From the IMG/VR virus record IMGVR_UViG_3300045135_002615, positions 232,643-296,642 of that record: a stretch of 64,000 nt of DNA, one strand, 5' to 3'. Numbering within the stretch: position 1 is the first letter of the stretch; every line of letters starts with the position of its first letter. Below, piece by piece: positions 8,786 to 16,354 of the stretch. Below the pieces are notes generated by a model, which saw only the letters and a program-made list of their open reading frames with translations, did no database searches and was not told where the DNA came from. The position numbers were made by a program, and so were the translations under genes.

Positions 8786-9387
8786 CCAAAATAGGATGAT
8801 ACTTTGTGGCGAACCTCTTGCACGAGGTTTTTTACTTTTTTACTATCCCACCCATATGTCCTAGCAATGTGTGAAGACTTCATCCCACCCATCATCGCGT
8901 CATACACTTTAAGGGCATCATCGGTGAAGCGACTTCTTACCTCTTCCATGATCATGTCATCCGAGGGGTCTTGGTCATAAGACAAGTCCATAGAGTGTGA
9001 GTGAGAGCTTGAGATGTCCTCCTCAACACCCAACATGGCTTTAGAGCTGTCTTTACGGTGTTTATTGATGACGTTCATTACGATGCAGTTCATCACCATG
9101 ACCACATAGGTTGAGAAAGCTGACTTCTCAGGGTCATAGGGACAAGAACCCTCATTACGGATCATAATCCCTTTGTAGACTTCTTGTAGGACATCTTCCG
9201 GATCAAGTCCTTCCTTAGATACGGAGTGGGCTTGTCTCTTATAGAAGATAAGGCGAACGTCTTGACTTCTTGTATCAAGGTCAATCCCTAGTTTGCGGGG
9301 TTTGACTTGATCAAAACTGAAGGATGCGATAGGAGTGATCCCGATTTGCCATTGACGTGTGGCTTCAATCCCTGAATAACTCGACAT
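8761..9387 (-). CDS. RNA polymerase sigma factor (sigma70 family, ECF/SigH-like size)
   Basis: Region 2-like DPEDVLQEVY..YDPEKSAFSTYV; C-terminal region 4-like HTH GMKSSHIARTYGWDSKKV. Confidence 0.8.
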   Translation of the reverse strand: MSSYSGIEATRQWQIGITPIASFSFDQVKPRKLGIDLDTRSQDVRLIFYKRQAHSVSKEGLDPEDVLQEVYKGIMIRNEGSCPYDPEKSAFSTYVVMVMNCIVMNVINKHRKDSSKAMLGVEEDISSSHSHSMDLSYDQDPSDDMIMEEVRSRFTDDALKVYDAMMGGMKSSHIARTYGWDSKKVKNLVQEVRHKVSSYFGWREMSPC

Positions 9388-9483
9388 GAGAGTCCTTTCG
9401 ATTGGTTCATATTGTCAGCTTCACTCAAGAGCAAGGATTTAGTTGACTTCGAGAACTCGCCTTAAGTGAAAAGCTAGTTGTAA

Positions 9484-9511
9484 ACTATAGTGAATGTATA
9501 AGTGCTGTCAA
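9484..9511 (-). promoter_or_regulatory. sigma70-type promoter for the sigma factor/tdk operon
   Basis: TTGACA-N16-TATAGT on the minus strand. Confidence 0.65.
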
Positions 9512-9536
9512 GTCACAACAAAGATAAAGGATTCTA

Positions 9537-10289
9537 ATGAACTTACTATTGATCGCAACCTTGTCCCTACAATGCATGATCCCTTACGTCCAAGAAGCCT
9601 CAAGGACTGAGATACTTAAGGGGTGGAAGTATTACAGAGGTCGAGCTACCTCATCTTCACGAGCTCTCCGTCTTTTGAGGTATATGGAGGAGGGTGGCGA
9701 CATTGACACCCGTTTACTTGCCCTGTCATGGATTGAAGGGAGACTTCGTACAGGGGTTAAAAGAGGAGACCGAGGACGTGCCTGTGGGATATTCCAAATC
9801 CATGCACGACACTCTTACCCCATGTTCTCTCGTAAGAGGGGCTATGTGGATTGGGATGAAAAGGAGTCTAAGCATCTCATTGAAAGAGAATGCCGTCAGC
9901 TTGAACACACTAAGTATTCTATAACCACCATGAATAGGTACTTAGACTATATGGATAGAAGAGACTTGCACCCCTGCCATCACAACAGCGGACCAAAAGG
10001 CAAGTGCAACACATGGTATAAACAAAGACTCGATTTTTGGATCGGGTTCTTCGAGATCGCTAAGATAGCGTGCGACCCAGAAAGAAGAGAGAACATTATG
10101 GCAATGATGAGAACAGGAAACCCTATCCCTACCGCTCCCGCTCCCTTGATGCAAGGGTACATGGATGCTATCTCTGGTAAGGATGTACAAAGCGAAGACC
10201 CTGTTTACAAGTCAGGTTATGATCTAGCTTTGCTTGTTAAGGAGGGTAAGGCAGAGGCACCCACTTGGGCGGCAGAGGGGAATGGATGA
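9537..10289 (+). CDS. Secreted lytic transglycosylase/lysozyme-like protein with extra C-terminal segment
   Basis: Hydrophobic N-terminus; LLALSWIEG (catalytic Glu), GDRGRACGIFQI, HHNSG motifs. Confidence 0.65.
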   Translation: MNLLLIATLSLQCMIPYVQEASRTEILKGWKYYRGRATSSSRALRLLRYMEEGGDIDTRLLALSWIEGRLRTGVKRGDRGRACGIFQIHARHSYPMFSRKRGYVDWDEKESKHLIERECRQLEHTKYSITTMNRYLDYMDRRDLHPCHHNSGPKGKCNTWYKQRLDFWIGFFEIAKIACDPERRENIMAMMRTGNPIPTAPAPLMQGYMDAISGKDVQSEDPVYKSGYDLALLVKEGKAEAPTWAAEGNG

Positions 10290-10954
10290 AGGACTTATGG
10301 CTCAGGAAAGGGCTAGGTCCACCCTTACCTGAATACCAAAAGTACCTTGATTCACGAGGAGTCACAGATCAGTGCTCCGTATCTTTCCACTCATGGATGC
10401 CACATGATGAAGTTCAATGCCCTAAGTTCAAAGCACACTATGGTGCTCAAGGTGAACGTATCTCACAACACCTTATCGTCCCCGTCACTTCACCAAGAGG
10501 TGAGATACTTGGACTAGAGTGTCGCAAGATCATAGACGGAGAAAAGAAGGTAACCCAATACCGAACCGTCAGTTCACAATGGAACCCGTATATACTCGGT
10601 GCAGAGAAGGCATTTGAAGCACTATGGTCAGGGGGTGACGTATGGGTCGTTGAGGGTATGTTTGATAAAGTAGCCCTTGACAGGATCTTACCCAAGACAG
10701 ATGCAGTTATAGCTACTCTTAGAGCGGGTATGGATGCGATCACCTTAGAGATGCTCACTCAGTTCTATACACCTGCTTCTACTATCTATGTCTGTTATGA
10801 CAATGATGAGACAGGTAGGAAGAAGGCTAAGTGGTTGCATAAGTCGTTTATTGACAGAGGTGTGAGGGCTGTCGTGTGGTCATATAGAGGTAAAGACCCT
10901 AATGATGTATGGACACATGGTGGAGACAAACAACTAATGAGAATGTTCCTATAG
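10286..10954 (+). CDS. DNA primase catalytic/TOPRIM domain protein
   Basis: VWVVEGMFD, VCYDNDETG, GKDPND; no N-terminal CHC2 zinc finger. Confidence 0.85.
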   Translation: MKDLWLRKGLGPPLPEYQKYLDSRGVTDQCSVSFHSWMPHDEVQCPKFKAHYGAQGERISQHLIVPVTSPRGEILGLECRKIIDGEKKVTQYRTVSSQWNPYILGAEKAFEALWSGGDVWVVEGMFDKVALDRILPKTDAVIATLRAGMDAITLEMLTQFYTPASTIYVCYDNDETGRKKAKWLHKSFIDRGVRAVVWSYRGKDPNDVWTHGGDKQLMRMFL

Positions 10955-10963
10955 GAGGGCATC

Positions 10964-11971
10964 ATGATCGCTGAATATATATGGGTAGATGGTAGTGAAC
11001 CTACGGCTCGTTTGAGATCAAAGACCAAGATTTTTCACGAGGAGGTCGAAGAGTGGCCTCTGTGGTCTTTTGATGGTTCTTCCACTAACCAAGCCACAGG
11101 AGATCGTTCGGATTGTATCCTTCAACCCGCCGCGATCATTAATGACCCTCTCAGGGGAGGAGACAATGTCCTCATTCTCTGTGAGGTGTTTAATGCCGAT
11201 GGGACACCCCACCCAACCAACAACAGAGCTAGGCTTCGTGAAGCCCTTAAAGGGCATGAGGACTTAGACGCATGGGTGGGCTTTGAGCAAGAGTATACTT
11301 TGTTCTCAGGTTCTCGCCCATTAGGGTTTCCTTCTGAACGTAGGTTCCCACCTGCTCAAGGTCCTTATTACTGTGGTGTGGGGTCAGATGAGGTAGCAGG
11401 TAGGGCTCTAGTAGAGAAGCACCTTGATATGTGTCTAAAGGCAAAGATACCTCTTACGGGTATTAATGCTGAGGTCATGCCTGGTCAATGGGAGTACCAA
11501 GTGGGTGGTCCCAATGTAGACCCTCTAGCAGGTTCTGACTTTGTGTGGTTGTCTAGGTGGTTGCTTTACCGCTTAGGTGAACACTATGAGTTAACCGCGA
11601 CCCTCGATCCTAAGCCTGTGCCAGGTGATTGGAATGGTGCGGGTATGCACACAAACTTCTCAACTAGGGCGATGCGTGAAGAGGGTGGTATTGAGGAGAT
11701 ATACAAGGCGGTGGAAACCATTGGCACTCACATCAAGAACCACTTGGATCGCTATGGTAATGGGATTGAGTCTCGTCTAACAGGCTTGCATGAGACATGT
11801 AGATATGACGTATTCAAGTACGGGGTTTCAGACCGTACAGCTTCTATCCGCATCCCTCTTGAGACTGTCAGGAATGGTTGTGGTTACTTTGAGGATCGCA
11901 GACCTAATGCGAATGCTGATCCTTATCTTGTCAGTGAGGCACTTATCCGTAGCATCACGGGGACGTGGTAA
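10964..11971 (+). CDS. glnII: Glutamine synthetase type II
   Basis: AEYIWVDG, WSFDGSST, GFEQEY, QGPYYCGVG, NAEVMPGQWEYQVG, DWNGAGMHTNFST, GYFEDRRP; 335 aa. Confidence 0.95.
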   Translation: MIAEYIWVDGSEPTARLRSKTKIFHEEVEEWPLWSFDGSSTNQATGDRSDCILQPAAIINDPLRGGDNVLILCEVFNADGTPHPTNNRARLREALKGHEDLDAWVGFEQEYTLFSGSRPLGFPSERRFPPAQGPYYCGVGSDEVAGRALVEKHLDMCLKAKIPLTGINAEVMPGQWEYQVGGPNVDPLAGSDFVWLSRWLLYRLGEHYELTATLDPKPVPGDWNGAGMHTNFSTRAMREEGGIEEIYKAVETIGTHIKNHLDRYGNGIESRLTGLHETCRYDVFKYGVSDRTASIRIPLETVRNGCGYFEDRRPNANADPYLVSEALIRSITGTW

Positions 11972-12557
11972 GTCGGTATTGTTTTAAATCCTCAATGGAA
12001 AAGTGAGGGTTCAACATAGAGAACTTATGGAAGGCAGACTTCTCCCCACGTCTAAGGACGCCCGAAGCCTTCACTAGATCATCTCGATAGCTCTTTGCCT
12101 CATTGAGTGCCTCTAGGGGTGCTAACCCCGCAATAGTGAATACACCCTCCCCTTCGTGAACCACTACAATCTGACCTTCAGAGATGTAGCACGAAGGGGA
12201 GGGTTTTTTCATGAGAGGGAAGTCGGGTGCGTTTACAGTCTTCACACCTACTCTAAATCCTAGAGGTGACAAGTCAGGTACGTTGTAGTCTTTAGACGCA
12301 CCTATGCTACGATCAGAGAACCTAACACCTAAATGCTTCTCTACTGCTAACTCCCCTGCCCATCCAGTCACCCACCTTTTGAGTACCGATTTAGGGTCCT
12401 CGATGTAGTGTCCTTCACGCTCTTTAACCTCAGCGAGCTTGATCGCCACCTCTGCGATCTCTTTTAGTTCGCTACGTTCTAGAGTAATCTTGGTACACAT
12501 ACTTAGGTGGGGTTCGACAATAGCTTTGTAGCTTGCTTCAATGTCTCCGTATATCAT
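11955..12557 (-). CDS. Hypothetical protein, possible PD-(D/E)XK nuclease fold
   Basis: GWAGELAV..PDL..GVKT pattern. Confidence 0.55.
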   Translation of the reverse strand: MIYGDIEASYKAIVEPHLSMCTKITLERSELKEIAEVAIKLAEVKEREGHYIEDPKSVLKRWVTGWAGELAVEKHLGVRFSDRSIGASKDYNVPDLSPLGFRVGVKTVNAPDFPLMKKPSPSCYISEGQIVVVHEGEGVFTIAGLAPLEALNEAKSYRDDLVKASGVLRRGEKSAFHKFSMLNPHFSIEDLKQYRLTTSP

Positions 12558-12618
12558 GTTACCTCCTCCTTGTTAGATGTTCTATACTAAGTTATATGAG
12601 AGAAAGGGTGGTGTCTAC

Positions 12619-12921
12619 ATGGAAGAAGATTTAGACCTCTTTGGCACGATTGAGATGCTGTTGACATCTTTGTCTTACCACCTTCAGTCTAAAGAAGAAA
12701 TACTGAAGGTGTGGGTTCACTTGGGTGAGAAGATTGGAGTGCAAGACATCTTCCCCCATTCTCAAGTCGTTATCACACAAGACGAAGATGGGAACTATCA
12801 ACCCGTGATGATGGTCTCTTCTCCAACTAAAGAGCTCGTGGACTATATCACCGACTCTGAGTTCTTGACTGATGGTGTGGTAGCCATTTGTCTAGATGAC
12901 ATCAAGAAGCTAGGTCACTAA
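12619..12921 (+). CDS. Hypothetical protein
   Basis: SD before MEEDLDL; TAATG coupling to the next gene. Confidence 0.65.
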   Translation: MEEDLDLFGTIEMLLTSLSYHLQSKEEILKVWVHLGEKIGVQDIFPHSQVVITQDEDGNYQPVMMVSSPTKELVDYITDSEFLTDGVVAICLDDIKKLGH

Positions 12922-13340
12922 TGATCTACAGGAGAGACGGCTTGATCTTCATGTCCATTAAGGACACCTATACGGGCTATTTGAAAGTAGCTAAGATACT
13001 CCCCACTGAGACCTCTTGGGGTGTCTTTGAACCCGCTATAGATGTGATTGAACCTTTGATACCTGAAGCCTCCCCAGAGGCACTGGATCGACTTTTACGA
13101 GGAGACCCGACCCCTTTTAGGAATACAAAGGGGTTGAGAGAGCCTCAAGGGTGTCTCAAGCTAATAGACACTGATCGCTATTGTGATGAGCAAGACACCT
13201 GTCTCTCTTACAACAAAACCTATTGCACTTTAGGACATCGTAAGATGCCTGATTGCTTCTCACCTGTTGCAGGTGATCAAATCCGCCCTCTTATCCTTGC
13301 TTGGAAAGAGGGTTTTTTCATTGTCAGGGAAAGGACATGA
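12921..13340 (+). CDS. Hypothetical protein with Cys cluster
   Basis: Five Cys in the C-terminal half. Confidence 0.65.
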   Translation: MIYRRDGLIFMSIKDTYTGYLKVAKILPTETSWGVFEPAIDVIEPLIPEASPEALDRLLRGDPTPFRNTKGLREPQGCLKLIDTDRYCDEQDTCLSYNKTYCTLGHRKMPDCFSPVAGDQIRPLILAWKEGFFIVRERT

Positions 13341-13996
13341 ACATGTTTAAGAGTGCTTCAAAGACCCCTCGTACCATGCGTAGAATTTATGAGGAGGTAG
13401 ACTCTCCTATGGGTGGTCCAGCTAATGAGAATGCGGACTACTTTGGTGAGATCACTGTCAGTGATAACCACATCTACCTCTATCGAGGGATCACACCTAA
13501 GTCTGTTATGGAGATGGGGATTGCCATCAAAACCATTAGTCAACAGATCGTCAACATGGTGACTGACCTTGACCTACCTTCAGCTCCACCTATCCATCTC
13601 CATATCAACTCAGGAGGTGGGTGTGCTTTCAGTGGACTTGCGGGTGCAAGTCATATTTTAGGTTCAGACATCCCTGTGTTCACTTATGTTGAGGGTTCTG
13701 CTGCATCAGCGGCGACCATTATGTCTTGTGTTGGAGCAAAGCGTTTCATCACCGAGCATAGCTTTATGTTGATCCATCAGATCAGCACTGGTGTGTGGGG
13801 TACATATGAGAACCTGAAGGACGAGAAGGAGTCTATGGATGCACTCATGGCTCAACTTGAGGGGATCTACTTGAAGAACACGAAACTCAAGAAGAAGGAC
13901 CTGAAAGAGCTGTTGAAGCGTGACCTATGGCTCAATGCAGATCAATGTTTAGAGAAGGGTCTGGTAGACGAGGTCATCAAGTACGAGAGGGTTTAA
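13337..13996 (+). CDS. clpP: ClpP-family serine protease
   Basis: IHLHINSGGG, GSAASAA (Ser), FMLIHQ (His), RDLWLNADQCLEKGLVDEVI. Confidence 0.9.
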   Translation: MNMFKSASKTPRTMRRIYEEVDSPMGGPANENADYFGEITVSDNHIYLYRGITPKSVMEMGIAIKTISQQIVNMVTDLDLPSAPPIHLHINSGGGCAFSGLAGASHILGSDIPVFTYVEGSAASAATIMSCVGAKRFITEHSFMLIHQISTGVWGTYENLKDEKESMDALMAQLEGIYLKNTKLKKKDLKELLKRDLWLNADQCLEKGLVDEVIKYERV

Positions 13997-14535
13997 AGAG
14001 GACACGCCTCATGTGAGGGGTCTTTCTCACCTGCGTAATAGACGGTGACCACATTAACCATAGACCCTTCAACTTCAAATACCACAATCAAGTCACCGAG
14101 TGCTTCTGCTCTCCACTTGAGTCTTTGTCCCATAAAGATACGCTCTTTGATCTGCTCGATGACCCTTGATCTCTTGTTGTAGTTCTGTCGAAGGTATCTA
14201 CCAAACAGGTTGAAGTAAGTCTTTAGGTCACCTATAGTCACACCTCTCTGATCCATACGGAACTGAGCGTGTGTGGTGATCTTCATCCTCTTGAATGTCT
14301 TATCCCCAACTCGTTCAAACTCTAGGTCATAGATATTATGAGTGTACGAGTCAGGGATGGCTTGTCCTTCTTGAACGATTCTCACAAGTTGCCTCTTTAG
14401 TTTAGGGTTTCGGATATTATCCTCGATCCTCCTCTTAGTGTGGCATACTCCGCCTGGGTATCCGAGTGGAGGGTTCAAGTCCGAGATACGCTCAAGTCGA
14501 GCGACCCTCATGATTAGTCGGTCTATCTTGTTCAT
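13993..14535 (-). CDS. DUF4258/RelE-like (BECR-fold) nuclease-like protein with N-terminal extension
   Basis: ITTHAQFRMDQRGVT..LIVVFE..VNVVTVYY. Confidence 0.6.
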   Translation of the reverse strand: MNKIDRLIMRVARLERISDLNPPLGYPGGVCHTKRRIEDNIRNPKLKRQLVRIVQEGQAIPDSYTHNIYDLEFERVGDKTFKRMKITTHAQFRMDQRGVTIGDLKTYFNLFGRYLRQNYNKRSRVIEQIKERIFMGQRLKWRAEALGDLIVVFEVEGSMVNVVTVYYAGEKDPSHEACPL

Positions 14536-14539
14536 TTTT

Positions 14540-14583
14540 TAGCTCCTTTATGTACTTAATGTGATGAATTCATAAAGGAGCTA
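14540..14583. promoter_or_regulatory. Symmetric bidirectional control element (13-bp inverted repeat)
   Basis: TAGCTCCTTTATG-N18-CATAAAGGAGCTA between divergent start codons. Confidence 0.75.
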
Positions 14584-14587
14584 TGAC

Positions 14588-16288
14588 ATGGACCCTATCG
14601 ACCGACTAATCTCAAGCCTCAACAAGAAGGTTATCCGTAAACTCGCCGCTGAAGACCTCCCTACCTTTGAGGAAGCGATCAAGGGAAAGACCTTCAAGAA
14701 CCCTAATACGGGTAATGACGTTCAGTTTGGATCACTCCCTGCCGAAGAGCAGAAGAAGATCCGTGCTGAATATGACAAGAAGGTGGAGGAGCTTGAAGGA
14801 GAGGGTAAGGGTAAGGGAGAGAAGAAGCCTCTCAAAAAGATGACCAAGGTTCAATTGCTTGATCAGCTTGAAGGGGATAAGGACTTCTCAGGGGTTGATC
14901 TCACTAAGTTTAAAGACTTTGATTGGTCAAGTGTGGATTTGAGGGGTGCTAACTTCTCAGGTTCAGACCTGACAGGTGCGTACTTTGGTGTTGGTTCTAG
15001 ACTCGAAGGAGCGAACTTTGAGGGTGCTAATCTTTCAGGTGTCGAGTTCAGAGGGAAAAAGGGTTATGGCGTGAGCCCGTACAGCGATACTCCAGATACT
15101 GTCCATAAAAACGTCAACTTCAAGGGTGCTAATCTTGAAGGTGCGGAGATGTCTTTTCTTCGTTTTGAAAATTCAGATTTAAGCGGTGCTAATCTAAAGG
15201 GTGCTGAGCTTGACGCGGTGATGATAGATAGAAAATGCACCGTAAGAGGTGCTGACTTTGAGGGTGCAACCTTTCATGCCTCCCAATTCAATGGCGTCAA
15301 TCTGAAGGGTGTGAACTTTGCGGGAGCAACCATAAAGTCTGGGGGTGGATATAATAACAGTAGAAGAACCTTCGACAGAGCGAACATCTCAGGTGCAGAC
15401 TTCTCAGGTGCAAACTTCGCCTTCGGTGACGCTTTTAGGTTTGGTGGTAACTTTGGGAAACCCGCCAAAATAAATGGAGCTAAGTTTAGATTTGATGTTC
15501 TAGAAAGTGTGGGAACTAAAGAATTTAAAGCATTTGGCTTTGATAAAGACAATCCTCCTGAAGGCTTGTCCGATAAGGTTCTACATAAAATGGTTGGTGG
15601 TAGGGAGTACCTAGAGTATAGGGAGGCTGAAGAAGATAAAGCTGAAGAAGCTAAAGCTAAGGCTGATGCGGAAGCCAAAGCTAAAGCTGATGAGGAAGCC
15701 AAAGCCAAAGCTAAAGCTGATGAGGAAGCCAAAGCCAAAGCTAAGGCTGATGAGGAAGCTAAAGCTAAGGCTGATGCTGAAGCCAAAGCTAAGGCTGATG
15801 CTGAAGCCAAAGCTAAGGCTAAAGCTGAAGCCAAAGCTAAGGCTGATGCTGAAGCCAAGGCTAAGGCTGATGAGGAAGCCAAAGCTAAAGCTAAGGCTGA
15901 TGAGGAAGCCAAAGCCAAGGCTAAGGCTGATGAGGAAGCCAAAGCTAAAGCTGAGGAAGAAGAGAAGATCAAAGAGAACTCAAAACGTCTTAAAGACCTT
16001 GAGTCTAAGATTAAAGCCGTTAAGAAGAAAGATGATCTCATTGACCTTGTGTCTGAGCTAGGTAGGATGAAGGGTCAACTCTCAAACGCTAAGTTTAAGG
16101 ACAAACTAGAGTCTGAGATGAAGGCTGTCGATAAAGCTGTACAAAACGCGAAAGAGAACACGTCTTTCACGGGTAGGATTAAGAGCTTCTTCGGTCTAGG
16201 TAAAAAGGCAAGGCTCAAGGAAGCCCGACTCTTGCTCAATGGACTTCAGGATGAGATCGAGCATCTCAAGAGGGACATCAACCGCTGA
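14588..16288 (+). CDS. Pentapeptide-repeat protein with Lys/Ala/Glu helical repeat
   Basis: Many A[ND][FL]xG pentapeptides; AKAKADEE/AKAKADAE tandem repeats. Confidence 0.85.
   Translation: MDPIDRLISSLNKKVIRKLAAEDLPTFEEAIKGKTFKNPNTGNDVQFGSLPAEEQKKIRAEYDKKVEELEGEGKGKGEKKPLKKMTKVQLLDQLEGDKDFSGVDLTKFKDFDWSSVDLRGANFSGSDLTGAYFGVGSRLEGANFEGANLSGVEFRGKKGYGVSPYSDTPDTVHKNVNFKGANLEGAEMSFLRFENSDLSGANLKGAELDAVMIDRKCTVRGADFEGATFHASQFNGVNLKGVNFAGATIKSGGGYNNSRRTFDRANISGADFSGANFAFGDAFRFGGNFGKPAKINGAKFRFDVLESVGTKEFKAFGFDKDNPPEGLSDKVLHKMVGGREYLEYREAEEDKAEEAKAKADAEAKAKADEEAKAKAKADEEAKAKAKADEEAKAKADAEAKAKADAEAKAKAKAEAKAKADAEAKAKADEEAKAKAKADEEAKAKAKADEEAKAKAEEEEKIKENSKRLKDLESKIKAVKKKDDLIDLVSELGRMKGQLSNAKFKDKLESEMKAVDKAVQNAKENTSFTGRIKSFFGLGKKARLKEARLLLNGLQDEIEHLKRDINR
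15641..15960 (+). repeat. Coding tandem repeat, 24/30-bp units
   Basis: gaagccaaagctaaggctgat(gag/gct) units encoding EAKAKAD[EA]. Confidence 0.9.
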
Positions 16289-16354
16289 CAATCCTCCCTC
16301 GTTAGTCTTTTAATAGAAGCACCACTCTGAGAGACTAATGAAAGAGGGTGCTCT

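Noticed and set aside
14555-14565. CTTAATGTGAT shared with the tRNA-flanking arm at 54636
   Set aside because: An 11-bp AT-rich match is plausible by chance in 64 kb
15274-16061. 255-aa Ala/Leu/Ser antisense ORF and 131-aa Lys/Leu/Arg alternate-frame ORF
   Set aside because: Shadows of the AKAKADEE tandem repeat
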